64,000 nt of DNA, taken from sequence record PQ478073.1; one strand, 5' to 3'. The stretch comes from a phage. Below the pieces are notes generated by a model that was not told the origin of the DNA, did no database searches, and saw only the letters and a list, made by a program, of their open reading frames with translations. Position numbers and translations under genes: made by a program. Shown piece after piece: positions 38,719 to 52,386 of this stretch; position 1 is the first letter of the stretch; each line of letters opens with the position of its first letter.

Positions 38719-38743
38719 CAGAACTAATGTTCTATCCTATAAT
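38715..38743 (+). promoter_or_regulatory. sigma70 consensus promoter TTGACA-N17-TATAAT
   Basis: Spacer contains palindrome AGAAC-taat-GTTCT. Confidence 0.6.
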
Positions 38744-38787
38744 TACTATCGAACAAAACATTAAAATCATATTGGAGCTTTTATTAC

Positions 38788-39850
<1,063 letters not shown>

Positions 39851-39861
39851 AATATAGACTT

Positions 39862-42027
<2,166 letters not shown>

Positions 42028-42028
<1 letters not shown>

Positions 42029-42819
42029 TGCCAAGTAAGAGTAAAAGTCAGGCTAAATTCTTCGCAGCCGCCGCACACAATCCAGTATTTGCAAAGAAAG
42101 CTGGAATTTCACAAAGTGCTGCTAAAGAATGGAATGCCGCTGATGAAAAGGAAGGAAATCTTAAAAAAAGTTCTAAACTTCCTAATAAAGTAAAAGAAGC
42201 AAGTATGCGTAGTTTAGTCGATATTGTACAAGATGCAGAATTAGCTGATACAGACGACAGAACTTGTGATATAATGGATTCATGTGAAGACGACAAAGAT
42301 AAGTTGGATGAAATGCCACAACGTTTCGATAGTTTTCAAGGTCAAGACCGAGACGAGTTTGTCGATAAAACTGCCGAAATGACAGGTAAGCACAACATGG
42401 TTAAGTTCGCAGAACATAAAGACTATGATGTATATATGAACAAAAACGGTACTGGATTTATCGCTTACGATAAGTCTGGTAAACAGCTTGCTATAGTTAG
42501 TGGGCATTTATCCAATGATGCAGTACTTGGTGTTCAAAACGTTTTTGAAATTGCCGCAACTGCTTCTAAAACTGGAACTAAAGGTATAATTTATAATATC
42601 TTTATGGATATGATATCACATGGTATTAAAGTTCTGAGTGATAGTCTGCATACTGATGATGCGATTAAATTCTGGACCCGTTTAATTGGTTCCCATCAAG
42701 TTTATATTGTTGGTGGCGGTGAAGTACTTGCAAAGGCGAGTCCAGATAAGGTTCATAAGTACTGGAGTGATGATGAATCAAGTCCAAGTGCCGAACTTCA
42801 ACTTATGTTAGTAAAATAA
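42028..42819 (+). CDS. hypothetical protein, N-terminal DUF3008-like segment
   Basis: SKSKSQAKFFAAAAHNPVFAKKAGISQSAAKEW; TAATG overlap. Confidence 0.5.
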
Positions 42820-42823
42820 TAAT

Positions 42824-42857
42824 ATATCGGGACAAATCGTTCCGATATTTTTTTTTG
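42824..42857 (+). terminator. rho-independent terminator
   Basis: ATATCGG-loop-CCGATAT then T9. Confidence 0.75.
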
Positions 42858-42884
42858 AGACAAACAAAACATTGGTGATACAAT
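42855..42884 (+). promoter_or_regulatory. promoter TTGAGA-N18-TGaTACAAT
   Basis: Upstream of topoisomerase large-subunit gene. Confidence 0.5.
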
Positions 42885-42918
42885 GTTTTATGACAAAGAG
42901 ACATGATAAGGAATTCAA

Positions 42919-44883
42919 ATGGCTAAGAAAGAAAGTGCTGTTCTACAGGAACATGATGTTCAACGACTAAATGATTATCAACATGCTCGTTTGCGTACCG
43001 AGATGTATCTTGGTTCTCGTTCAGTGCATGAAAGTCAAGTACTGATTTTTGGCGAATCAGGTTATGAGGTTAAGAACGTAGAATGGGTTCCTGCAATTCT
43101 TACTGCTACACGTGAAATTATTGATAACAGCTTAGATGAATTTAAAAAAGCTGGAACCAAAGAACCTGTTTTGAAAGTTGATTTCAATGAAGAAGAACTA
43201 TCATTTGAAATTAGTGACAATGGACGTGGTATTCCAATTGATTATGTTCCAGAGTATCAGAAAAACTTGTGTACTATGGTAATGACTGAAACAAAAACAG
43301 GCCGTAACTTTGACGATTCAAAACGTGATGAAACGATTGGTCAGAATGGTTTAGGTGGTTCTGTTGCAATGATTGTCAGTTCTAAGGCAGAGTTAGAAAT
43401 TCATCGCCAAGGTCGTCCGTATAAAACACAAAGTAGTAATGATGGTTATGATGGGTTTTATAAGTTCAATCAGAAGTTTGAGGAAGGAACTATTATGTTC
43501 CCTGAGCTTCATGTACACGAACCTACTATTAGAAAGGTACAAACCGATAAAACTGGAACAACAATTCGTTTTACTTTGAGTAAAGAAGTTTTTCCAAACA
43601 GAAAACTACCAACCGAATTACTTTATAGTATTCTTAAAGAAATGGCAGCAGCTAACCCAACTTATAAAATCTTTCTGAACGGGAAACGTATTGCTATTAA
43701 AGGAAACACTGAAAAAGCACTCTTCAATGCATCTAAATTAATGCAGTTGAATGTTAAAGATGATTCATTCAATTTTAACAGTACTTTTTATATTGTTCCT
43801 AATGCAGTAGCTGGCATGAACACAAATTTCCATATGCATGGGTTGGTTAACAATGCTCCTGCATTTGATGGTGGTACACATCTTGATACATTCAAGAAAT
43901 TCTTCTCACTCGGTGTAGGAACTGCACTAGAGAAAGAATCTAAGAAACGTAGGATGAAACCTAATCGTTCTGATATTGAAGAAGGTTTGTTGATTTATAA
44001 TGTCACAACTATGAAAGCACCTTCATTCAACTCACAGATTAAATCTAAACTAACTAATGAAAACGTAATCCGTCCAATTCAACAAGCTATGAATACCGAA
44101 TGGTTTGATGAATTAGTTAAGAAGAACAAAGAATGGGTTGATGAAATCTTCGAACGTTGTGCTGCCCGTACAAATAAGAAAGATGCAGAAGAAGATCGTC
44201 GCCTAGCAAAGAAACTTCTAAAAGGTAAAGTTGCAAAACTATTGGATAGTACTGGAACAGACCGTTCACAGTGTATTCTATTGATTGCAGAAGGTGACTC
44301 TGCAATTTCCAACATGGCTAGTGCTCGTATACCAAGTATTCATGGTATTCTACCATTGCGTGGGAAAATTATGAACGTCAGTGGTACTGAGAAAACCAAA
44401 GAATTAATGGATTCAATGGCTTTACATGATATAATGGCTAGTATCAACTTAGTTCCAGGTGTCAAAGCAGAACGTTCTGAACTAAACTATGGTAAGCTTT
44501 ACATCTGTGCTGATGAAGATGAAGATGGGAAGAACATTGGTGCTCTAGTGTGTAACTTCTTATTTAAATTCTGGCCTGAATTGTTTCAAGACCCAGAAAA
44601 TCCATTTGTGTATGTATTCAAAACACCATTTATCATTCTTGAGAAAGGTAAAGAATCAAAATACTACTATGGTCATAATGTGCATGAATATAACCCAGAT
44701 GATTGGAAAGGCTGGAAAGCAACGCGTGCAAAAGGTTTAGGAACTTTAGAAAAAGCAAACTTCCGTGATGCATTCACTAATAGTGTTGCAGTAGCGATCA
44801 CCGATGATGGCCGTCTTGGTGAAACTCTTGATTTGATTTTCAACAAGAAACGTGCAGATGATCGTAAGAACTGGATGGAATAA
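42919..44883 (+). CDS. 39: DNA topoisomerase II large subunit (GyrB-like ATPase plus TOPRIM; T4 gp39/gp60 equivalent, unsplit)
   Basis: GHKL ATPase region, TOPRIM (LLIAEGDSA ... CADEDEDG). Confidence 0.9.
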   Translation: MAKKESAVLQEHDVQRLNDYQHARLRTEMYLGSRSVHESQVLIFGESGYEVKNVEWVPAILTATREIIDNSLDEFKKAGTKEPVLKVDFNEEELSFEISDNGRGIPIDYVPEYQKNLCTMVMTETKTGRNFDDSKRDETIGQNGLGGSVAMIVSSKAELEIHRQGRPYKTQSSNDGYDGFYKFNQKFEEGTIMFPELHVHEPTIRKVQTDKTGTTIRFTLSKEVFPNRKLPTELLYSILKEMAAANPTYKIFLNGKRIAIKGNTEKALFNASKLMQLNVKDDSFNFNSTFYIVPNAVAGMNTNFHMHGLVNNAPAFDGGTHLDTFKKFFSLGVGTALEKESKKRRMKPNRSDIEEGLLIYNVTTMKAPSFNSQIKSKLTNENVIRPIQQAMNTEWFDELVKKNKEWVDEIFERCAARTNKKDAEEDRRLAKKLLKGKVAKLLDSTGTDRSQCILLIAEGDSAISNMASARIPSIHGILPLRGKIMNVSGTEKTKELMDSMALHDIMASINLVPGVKAERSELNYGKLYICADEDEDGKNIGALVCNFLFKFWPELFQDPENPFVYVFKTPFIILEKGKESKYYYGHNVHEYNPDDWKGWKATRAKGLGTLEKANFRDAFTNSVAVAITDDGRLGETLDLIFNKKRADDRKNWME

Positions 44884-44894
44884 TATAGACTAAT

Positions 44895-44918
44895 GGGGAA
44901 CATGGTGTTCCCCTTTTA
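44895..44918 (+). terminator. rho-independent terminator
   Basis: GGGGAACA-tgg-TGTTCCCC then TTTTACC. Confidence 0.75.
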
Positions 44919-44933
44919 CCAAGAGACAATGGA

Positions 44934-46346
44934 ATGGCTAAAAGTAAAAAAACAGAAAATCATAATATCGATAACCAAACACTAACTCTACTAGATTATA
45001 ACAGTTCTGATTATGTGAATACAACATCACTAGAATATTCGATGTATACACTAGACCGTGCTATTCCTGGAATTGATGGTCTAAAGAGTTCACAACGTAA
45101 AGCAATCTTCACATTATCTAAAATTAGTGGGGAAATTAAAACAGTATCATGTGCTGGAAAAATGATTAGTGATGGTATCTATCTTCATGGGGACACGTCA
45201 GCATCAGGAACACTTCAAAATCTAGCATCTCCAGTAGCTAACAACTATCCTCTTATTGGAAAACGTGGTGGTTTTGGTACACAAGTAAACAGTACACCAG
45301 CATCTGCTCGTTACACTTATGTTAAAAAGAATAAGAGTACTGAGATGCTTGTTTTGCGTGATGCTGATATTATACCAATGAAAGAGAACTATGACGGGAC
45401 AACATATGAACCTGTTCATTTCTTGCCTATTATTCCATTATCATTGTTTGGTAATGATAGTATGTCAGTTGGTTATAAGAGTACAATTCTACCACATAAA
45501 ATTGAAGATATTATTGATAATTGTATTCGTGCTATTGATAAAAAACCACTAAAAGAAATGACCCCATATTATGTTTCATGTGGTGCAAGTGATGTTGTGA
45601 CTAAGCTTGATGAAAATAAGTATGAATTCTATGGTAAAGCTGAGGTTATTGATGCAAGCACTGTTAAAGTAACAGGCTTACCACCTAATTACAGTATTGA
45701 GAAATTCATCGAAAAACTAATCAAAATGAGTGATGATGGTGAGATTCGTGATTATGACAATGATAGTACTGATGTAATTGATATTACCATTAAACTTCCA
45801 CGTGGAACGTCAGCTAAATGGACAGAGATGGATGTTATTGAGTATTTTGGCATTAACAAAAAAATGACTCAACATTTAACTGTTCTAGGTGAAAATGGCA
45901 AAGTGAAAGTTTACGATACTACGATGGATTTGATTAAAGACTTCGTTGATTTCCGTTTCAAATATTACATCAAGCGTTATGAAAAGAAACTTGATGATTG
46001 TGCTGCTGAAGTTCGTTATAAAATTCTAATTAAAGAATGTTTCGATAATGATATGATTGCTAAGGTAAAAGGATTTGCAAACCGTGCTGAAATGGTTGAA
46101 TTCGTTAAATCGTTAAATACCGAAATTGAAGCAACGGAAGAGAATATTCAAAGCATTGTAAACTTCCCTTCATATCGCTGGACGCAAGATAATTATCAAT
46201 CAGTACTACAAGATATTCAAGATAATCTTGATTTGATGGATAAGTACAATGAACTGTTATCTAATCATGACTTAATTTGGGACATTTATAAATCTGAACT
46301 AAAAGAACTAAGAAAGATTGACTTTACTCCTAAATCAGACAATTGA
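44934..46346 (+). CDS. 52: DNA topoisomerase II medium subunit (GyrA-like; T4 gp52 equivalent)
   Basis: LDRAIPGIDGLKSSQRK and active-site region typical of type IIA topo A subunit. Confidence 0.85.
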   Translation: MAKSKKTENHNIDNQTLTLLDYNSSDYVNTTSLEYSMYTLDRAIPGIDGLKSSQRKAIFTLSKISGEIKTVSCAGKMISDGIYLHGDTSASGTLQNLASPVANNYPLIGKRGGFGTQVNSTPASARYTYVKKNKSTEMLVLRDADIIPMKENYDGTTYEPVHFLPIIPLSLFGNDSMSVGYKSTILPHKIEDIIDNCIRAIDKKPLKEMTPYYVSCGASDVVTKLDENKYEFYGKAEVIDASTVKVTGLPPNYSIEKFIEKLIKMSDDGEIRDYDNDSTDVIDITIKLPRGTSAKWTEMDVIEYFGINKKMTQHLTVLGENGKVKVYDTTMDLIKDFVDFRFKYYIKRYEKKLDDCAAEVRYKILIKECFDNDMIAKVKGFANRAEMVEFVKSLNTEIEATEENIQSIVNFPSYRWTQDNYQSVLQDIQDNLDLMDKYNELLSNHDLIWDIYKSELKELRKIDFTPKSDN

Positions 46347-46356
46347 TATATTTAAT

Positions 46357-46388
46357 GGAAGACCTTATGGGTCTTCCTTGTCCTTTAT
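46357..46388 (+). terminator. rho-independent terminator
   Basis: GGAAGACC-ttatg-GGTCTTCC then T-rich. Confidence 0.7.
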
Positions 46389-46395
46389 ATAAATA
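46388..46395 (+). promoter_or_regulatory. T4-late-like promoter box TATAAATA
   Basis: Exact TATAAATA about 40 nt upstream of ATG 46434. Confidence 0.45.
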
Positions 46396-46433
46396 ATCTA
46401 TAGATAATGGCAGCTTGGCTATGGAGAATTATA

Positions 46434-48827
46434 ATGACAACTTTTACCCCACGATGGGATATAAAAGCCGATGCTCGATATATACAAGAAGGACAAGACA
46501 TTCTTGTGCGTTTGAGTATCAATAAAGAAAGCACAACGGATGATAGCTATGTATTAAATGAAGATGAATACTTAGAAATGATTCTTAACATACAATGCTT
46601 GGATAGTTCAGGTGCTGTATTTGATCCAGAACCACATTATACTTTTTATGTTGGTAATGACGAAAATACTTTTGTTCCTATTTCAGATGGTACAACTGGT
46701 AATAAATTAGTAAATGGTAAGCATAAGTGTAAAATCAGCAAAAATGAATTTAACTTATCTGCAAGTACTAATAGTGAAGATGTTTATTTTATAAAAATTC
46801 ATTGTAAAAATGATGGAACCTATAATAATACAGAAATTATAAATTTTTATTTACAAGCAGTAAATGTTATGTATTTTGGAAATATTTCACCAAGTGGTGT
46901 TCTAGGATTAACTGATACATCAATAACATATGATAGTCAAGAAGTTTGGGTTACACCCGGAGTTGAGATTGGTGATGACAAAAAGCTTTATTGTATTGGT
47001 GATGTTGAGTATGGCTCCAACAGTACATTGTTCGTTCAAGGATTTGGAAGAAGACGACCTTTCATTTTGGGTACTGACATGACTACTGATATTACACCTC
47101 GTGTCTTTTTTCCAGCATATCGTTTGATTGACATGGATATTTCTGAAGTTCCAGATAAACATATTACGAATGATTTCGCAGTATTCAAGCCAGCACAATC
47201 AACATGGCCTATTTCTGGTATAAACAAAGAAGTAAAAGTTAATATTCAAAATAGAAATGGTAATTTAATTGACACTGGAATGGTGTTCAACCCAAATGGG
47301 CAATTATTGCAAACATTTTTATATGACTCAGATGCTTGTGATGCATATTTTAAAGTTGAGATTGTTGATATATTAAGTACATACACCGAAGAAAGTGAAA
47401 GGTTTGCTATCAATCAACGATATAAAGCATATCAAATGTGGGTTTGTCCTGAAGACATAGATACTATATATTCTATTTCAGAAAAACCACTACCCAATCA
47501 TTTATATCAATTAAAAGATAATGTTGTGTATCCATACGTAATTAGTGGTGAATACGATAATGGAACAATTAAGCCCGTTTATGATAGTAGTGATTGGATT
47601 GATTTAGGATATTATGACTCTACTCTTGGTGATAATATCATTGGTATGCAAAAAATGTTCAGGGTTTTGATAAACGCAGAAGAAGGTAATAATATAAACT
47701 TTATTACTGATAGTGATTTAGGAACCATACATGTTGGTGAATATTTTGGAGACAGTATATATCCTAAAATTGAAACTGATAGCTCTAATCAAGTTTCGTA
47801 TGTTTTAGATGGTGGTGATGACATTAGAAAGTATGGGATAGATTTGACACCAGATGGATATCTTGTAGGAACTGCATATGCCAAAAGTATTGATTTTAGT
47901 GAAAATGATGATATTAAATTATCGTTTTATGTTAAAGCATTTAGTACTGAAGGTGGTGAAGCAAGAAAAATATTTAACCTTAAGATTGTAAGAGGATTCG
48001 GACAGAATTATTTGAGTGCACATGTATTACCTTCGGTTGCATTTGAGAGAGAATGGTTTAAATGTATAAGTACTTCATCATTCACTAATCAACTATTTTT
48101 CCGACAATCTGACAATAGGTATGGTCTTCAGAAAATACCGAAGATGTTATTGAAAGAAAACTTCCTAAGTCAAACGTATCCATATACGAACCTTTCTGAT
48201 ATCAAGAAAGTATTGAGAAATAGTATAATTAACCCAAATGGAACTACTATTCCAAATGGAAAATTTAAAATGGTAATGGGTAATTATAAAATAATATCAG
48301 CACTTGACAATCAAGGTAACTTACAATATGATCTATTATATAGAGAGGTTTTACCTGAAGGTTCTTTAGTATCTGTATCCAAAAATCCACGTCAATATAC
48401 TCAGATCGACAACGGTCAGCTTGGTGAATTATTTGGTTTACGACAAAATATTTTTCAGGCTATTGGTGAAGACACAACCAACTTAGTAAAAGACCCAACC
48501 GATTTACAAAATCGTGGTCTATACGTTGATGCGATACCAAGTATCAGTGATGAAATGCTTGATACGGTTCCAAGATTTATGAATCACCCATACATTGAAG
48601 ATGGTATACAGAAAAAATTCATGCCTATCATTCCAGTTGCATATTGTCAACCAGGGAAAGGTGAAGCATTTTTCAACACTTTACTTCAGAACAATGAACA
48701 TGGTACAATGGTAGGTGTAGAGTTCGAAATCACATCGGTTGAATTCGGATACTTTTCGCATGAATCAGTGAATTATGTTTCAGATACATTTTTGATTACA
48801 TTGCAAAACAATAACATAGGAGGTTAA
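46434..48827 (+). CDS. large hypothetical protein (797 aa), likely late/structural
   Basis: GGAG RBS before ATG 46434; late-type promoter box; Asn/Gly/Thr/Tyr-rich. Confidence 0.55.
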   Translation: MTTFTPRWDIKADARYIQEGQDILVRLSINKESTTDDSYVLNEDEYLEMILNIQCLDSSGAVFDPEPHYTFYVGNDENTFVPISDGTTGNKLVNGKHKCKISKNEFNLSASTNSEDVYFIKIHCKNDGTYNNTEIINFYLQAVNVMYFGNISPSGVLGLTDTSITYDSQEVWVTPGVEIGDDKKLYCIGDVEYGSNSTLFVQGFGRRRPFILGTDMTTDITPRVFFPAYRLIDMDISEVPDKHITNDFAVFKPAQSTWPISGINKEVKVNIQNRNGNLIDTGMVFNPNGQLLQTFLYDSDACDAYFKVEIVDILSTYTEESERFAINQRYKAYQMWVCPEDIDTIYSISEKPLPNHLYQLKDNVVYPYVISGEYDNGTIKPVYDSSDWIDLGYYDSTLGDNIIGMQKMFRVLINAEEGNNINFITDSDLGTIHVGEYFGDSIYPKIETDSSNQVSYVLDGGDDIRKYGIDLTPDGYLVGTAYAKSIDFSENDDIKLSFYVKAFSTEGGEARKIFNLKIVRGFGQNYLSAHVLPSVAFEREWFKCISTSSFTNQLFFRQSDNRYGLQKIPKMLLKENFLSQTYPYTNLSDIKKVLRNSIINPNGTTIPNGKFKMVMGNYKIISALDNQGNLQYDLLYREVLPEGSLVSVSKNPRQYTQIDNGQLGELFGLRQNIFQAIGEDTTNLVKDPTDLQNRGLYVDAIPSISDEMLDTVPRFMNHPYIEDGIQKKFMPIIPVAYCQPGKGEAFFNTLLQNNEHGTMVGVEFEITSVEFGYFSHESVNYVSDTFLITLQNNNIGG

Positions 48828-48828
48828 T

Positions 48829-49140
48829 ATGTTTAATCCGTTTTTTGACCCGTCTGGAATGACGGAAAAAGAACTACAGTTAAAAATTAATGAACAGTCA
48901 ATGCGTTTAACTTCTGCTCGTGCTGCTGGCCTAAGCGACATGATTATTGGTAATATGCAAACTGTCTTAAATCAATGTTATGCTGAACTAGAACTTCGCC
49001 AAGGACAAAAAGAAAAAACTGTTTATGACGAAGAAGACCCATGTATCTTCGATATGGATTCATATCTAACTGACAACGAAGAGGCCCAGAAGAAGAAAAA
49101 TGAAAGTACAAGGAAACAGATTTATAAGTCCCAATGGTGA
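48829..49140 (+). CDS. hypothetical protein (103 aa)
   Basis: AGGAGG RBS. Confidence 0.5.
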   Translation: MFNPFFDPSGMTEKELQLKINEQSMRLTSARAAGLSDMIIGNMQTVLNQCYAELELRQGQKEKTVYDEEDPCIFDMDSYLTDNEEAQKKKNESTRKQIYKSQW

Positions 49141-49618
49141 TGTGAAATGTAATCTTAACGCAGTTGTTTATGCAATCAATTGCGGTGCAGATATCCAGTA
49201 CTTACAATTGCAGGAAATTGATGAACCTGAAAGGTTGAAATTCAATGATAACTGTAAAAAATTTGGCTTAGAACAACGTATGCTGGATTATACAATTGAG
49301 CATGATAAAAATCATGAACTGTGGCGATATGATCCAGTATACGACAATATAAATCTGCGTGACTTTTTCTTACAAAAATGCACATCCGATGAAGCACGAA
49401 AACGTGTTGAGTATGAACTTGATTTATATGAATATTATAATATGACAAAGCTACTAAGATGTATGATATGGCTTGTTGATTATATGGAAGAAAATGAGAT
49501 CTTTTGGGGTCTAGGTCGTGGAAGCTCTGTTGCATCATACTGTTTGTTTTTGATTGGACTACATATGGTAGATTCATTGAAGTACGAACTTGATGTTAAC
49601 GAATTTTTGAAATGGTAG
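49100..49618 (+). CDS. DnaE-like protein, N-terminal module of a split mini-DnaE (no PHP domain)
   Basis: IFWGLGRGSSVASYCLFLIGLHMVDSLKYELDVNEFL aligns to DnaE [34 protein letters not shown]; ORF ends just before where the catalytic DxD would follow. Confidence 0.5.
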   Translation: MKVQGNRFISPNGDVKCNLNAVVYAINCGADIQYLQLQEIDEPERLKFNDNCKKFGLEQRMLDYTIEHDKNHELWRYDPVYDNINLRDFFLQKCTSDEARKRVEYELDLYEYYNMTKLLRCMIWLVDYMEENEIFWGLGRGSSVASYCLFLIGLHMVDSLKYELDVNEFLKW

Positions 49619-49627
49619 AAAAACATG

Positions 49628-49636
49628 TGATATAAT
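49628..49636 (+). promoter_or_regulatory. extended -10 promoter TGaTATAAT, left arm of 10-bp inverted repeat
   Basis: TGTGATATAA at 49627-49636 and TTATATCACA at 49650-49659. Confidence 0.45.
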
Positions 49637-49681
49637 GTTTATTGTAGGCTTATATCACACATACAATAAAAGGATTTTGAT

Positions 49682-50026
49682 ATGTCTAAACATACAACTT
49701 ATCGTGGTACAACAATTGACATGGATATGCTCAAGTACCAAAATCAACATCAGGTAGCATTAGGTAATGCTAATTTAAACGCACGTGGTGATAAAATCGG
49801 TTCAGGTGGAACAATTATTAAAACTCGTGAAGAGTTGATTCAAGAAAAAGAACGAGAAATGCAAATTCCTGATTATATCCCTGAACATCAACTTCATAGT
49901 ACTGAACATGGTACGGATGAAGTATGGGATGATGAGAGTTTTGAAGTTAAGCCCGAAGAACAAGAAGCTGAGGTTTCTGAAGAGAAGAAAGCACCACGTC
50001 GAGCTAGAACCAAAGATCAGGAGTAA
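49682..50026 (+). CDS. hypothetical protein (114 aa)
   Basis: AAGGA RBS. Confidence 0.5.
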   Translation: MSKHTTYRGTTIDMDMLKYQNQHQVALGNANLNARGDKIGSGGTIIKTREELIQEKEREMQIPDYIPEHQLHSTEHGTDEVWDDESFEVKPEEQEAEVSEEKKAPRRARTKDQE

Positions 50027-50034
50027 TATATTAA

Positions 50035-50361
50035 ATGACTAATAAAGTAATGACTGCATGTAAAGGTAAAGTACTGGTAACTGAACTGGAACATGGTGAA
50101 CGCAAAACAGCAGGTGGTATCGTTTTAACAAACGATGACGGTAAAATTAGAGGTATTCGTTCTCGCTGGGCAAAAGTTTATTCTGTAGGCGAAGACATTA
50201 CTGATATTAAAGAAGGTCAATGGATTTTAATTGATCATGGTCGATGGTCAAGAACTATTGAAGTTGATGGTATTGAATTAAACTTGGTTGATTATCCAGC
50301 CGCAGTTAGTTTAGTTTCAGATGAAGATCCACGAACTAAAATGCTAACCTTTGGTCGTTAA
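50035..50361 (+). CDS. GroES-like (cpn10 fold) protein, second divergent copy; possible gp31 analogue
   Basis: KVLVTELEHGERKTAGGIVLT and VGEDITDIKEGQWILIDHG follow GroES pattern. Confidence 0.5.
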   Translation: MTNKVMTACKGKVLVTELEHGERKTAGGIVLTNDDGKIRGIRSRWAKVYSVGEDITDIKEGQWILIDHGRWSRTIEVDGIELNLVDYPAAVSLVSDEDPRTKMLTFGR

Positions 50362-50417
50362 TAAAATATAATTAAAGCTCGGATGAATATCTGGGCTTTT
50401 TATTTGGACAGATTTTG

Positions 50418-50687
50418 ATGATAACTGATGATGGAAAATTTAGTTTCAAGGATGTAACATTAGTATCTAAAAACGGAAGATTCATGTTTGAAGATAGAAA
50501 AAATACCAAATATGTATATGAAGTTTCACATGATATGTTTAAAGTTTTATTAGTTGCATCAGCCCAAGCTGAAAGTACTGGGATTAAAAATAAGGCAAAT
50601 TCTTTTAATTTTTTATTAAATCAATTGGAAATGACAGAAGAACTTTTCACGGCTTTATTATATAATTCAGCCGATTGGATTCTATAA
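50418..50687 (+). CDS. hypothetical protein (89 aa)
   Basis: No RBS; first ATG of TTG-initiated ORF. Confidence 0.35.
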   Translation: MITDDGKFSFKDVTLVSKNGRFMFEDRKNTKYVYEVSHDMFKVLLVASAQAESTGIKNKANSFNFLLNQLEMTEELFTALLYNSADWIL

Positions 50688-50710
50688 CACGTACACATAA
50701 GGAAATACAA

Positions 50711-51664
50711 ATGACCACACTATGGACTGAAAAATATCGCCCACAATCAATGGAAGATTATGTATCAAAAAACGATGCACTACGCCAGAAAATGGAAGAA
50801 TGGATTAAGACTGGTGACATTCCACATATTGGGTTTTTTGGCCCAGCAGGAACTGGTAAAACATCTGCGATCAAAGTACTAATTAATGGACTAGTTCAAA
50901 ATGGACACCTTGATCCAAGTGATGTGACCACGCTTAACATGTCCGATGAAGGCATTGATGCTGTTCGTGACAAAATCGATGCCGCAGCAAAGCTATCATG
51001 TTTTGGTAGATATCGTATTTTTGTTCTTGAAGAAATGGAGCAGATGAACCACAAAGCACAAGGTAGTTTGAAACGTGTAATGGAAGACTATCATGAAAAT
51101 GCTCGCTTTATTTTAACAAGTAACGAACCACATAAAATTCAAAAACCTATCATTTCTCGTGTTCAAGTTATTACAATCGAAAAGCATGATATGGAACAAT
51201 TCATGACTCGAATTTATAATATTCTTCTAGCAGAAGGTGTTGATTTGAGTAGTGATGATAGTGTTGAACAAGTTCAAAAGTACATCAATGCTTCCTATCC
51301 TGATTTCCGTAAAACACTAAACGTATTGCAAAGTTCAGTTGTTGATGGTAAGCTAGTAAAACTTGAAGATAGTATTGAAAATTCAGCAGGGTATCGTACT
51401 GCAATTGTTGAAGCATTAAAGGCAGGCAACATTCGCCAAATGCGTGAACAAATTGTACAAAATATCCCTGATGATGAGATGGATGCATTTTTCTCTTACT
51501 TGTACAGAAATGCTGAAATGTTCAGTACTGATGAAATCACACTGATGAAGATTAAAGTTAAAATTCGTGATGCAGTTGTTAAGCAAGCAACCGTATCAGA
51601 TCGTGAAATGAATCTTAGTGCTTTACTGTGTGAAATTGACCTAATTTGTTCGGGGAACATGTAA
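50711..51664 (+). CDS. 44: clamp loader large subunit (T4 gp44-like, RFC-type AAA+)
   Basis: EKYRP box, Walker A GPAGTGKTS, PDFRKT block; AAGGA RBS before ATG 50711. Confidence 0.85.
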   Translation: MTTLWTEKYRPQSMEDYVSKNDALRQKMEEWIKTGDIPHIGFFGPAGTGKTSAIKVLINGLVQNGHLDPSDVTTLNMSDEGIDAVRDKIDAAAKLSCFGRYRIFVLEEMEQMNHKAQGSLKRVMEDYHENARFILTSNEPHKIQKPIISRVQVITIEKHDMEQFMTRIYNILLAEGVDLSSDDSVEQVQKYINASYPDFRKTLNVLQSSVVDGKLVKLEDSIENSAGYRTAIVEALKAGNIRQMREQIVQNIPDDEMDAFFSYLYRNAEMFSTDEITLMKIKVKIRDAVVKQATVSDREMNLSALLCEIDLICSGNM

Positions 51665-52290
51665 TGAAGCCACGTTGTATAGTTTTTGATTGTGATGAAG
51701 TTCTATTGGACCATATGGGTATGCTTTCTGAGTTTGTAAAACAAACTTATAATATCACACCATCAACACCATACCCATTAGAATATGATTTATCAGACTG
51801 GTTGGGTGTTCCTCAACCTGAAGTTAAAAAGATTCTTGAACAGTTCAACCAACAATCATATTTGTTTGGGTTGTTAAAGCCAGTCGAACCAAATACAGTT
51901 GATATTGTACAAGAGCTACGTGATCGTTTTCATAAAGAAAAATTCGTAGTACTCACAAAATGTGGTAAAAAAGGCTATGGTGAAGTTTTACGAAATGTAA
52001 ATCTAATGCGTGAATTTGGTGAAAACTGCTTTGATGAGATTATTATCATAGAAATGAATGAATCAAAGAAAGAAGCATTAGAGGATTTACAAACACGATA
52101 TGATGTAAAACTAATGATTGATGATTATATCAATAATATTGAAACTGCTATGGGTCTTGGTATTCCATCAGTTATGATGGGATGTTCTCATAATACTATG
52201 TATAAGAATCATAGTGGTTTTGAATATATCGAAAACTGGACAGAACTTAGACTGAAAATTTATTCAGTACTAGGTAAATATTACAAATAA
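51664..52290 (+). CDS. HAD-superfamily hydrolase (possible nucleotidase)
   Basis: HAD motif I FDCDEVLLD; TAATG overlap with gp44 gene. Confidence 0.6.
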   Translation: MKPRCIVFDCDEVLLDHMGMLSEFVKQTYNITPSTPYPLEYDLSDWLGVPQPEVKKILEQFNQQSYLFGLLKPVEPNTVDIVQELRDRFHKEKFVVLTKCGKKGYGEVLRNVNLMREFGENCFDEIIIIEMNESKKEALEDLQTRYDVKLMIDDYINNIETAMGLGIPSVMMGCSHNTMYKNHSGFEYIENWTELRLKIYSVLGKYYK

Positions 52291-52302
52291 AACTTTTAAA
52301 TT

Positions 52303-52330
52303 GGGGTTTGATTCAAACCCCTTTTGTTGT
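52303..52330 (+). terminator. rho-independent terminator
   Basis: GGGGTTT-gattc-AAACCCC then TTTTGTTGT. Confidence 0.8.
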
Positions 52331-52386
52331 ATTTTAAAAGTAGTAAATAGTATTATATGTGCTAGTTTTTAAGGATAATATAAAAT

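Noticed and set aside
38712-38720. T4 MotA-box-like TGCTT overlapping TTGACA
   Set aside because: Does not fit the (a/t)TGCTT(t/c)A consensus and no MotA/AsiA homologs were seen; treated as an ordinary sigma70 -35
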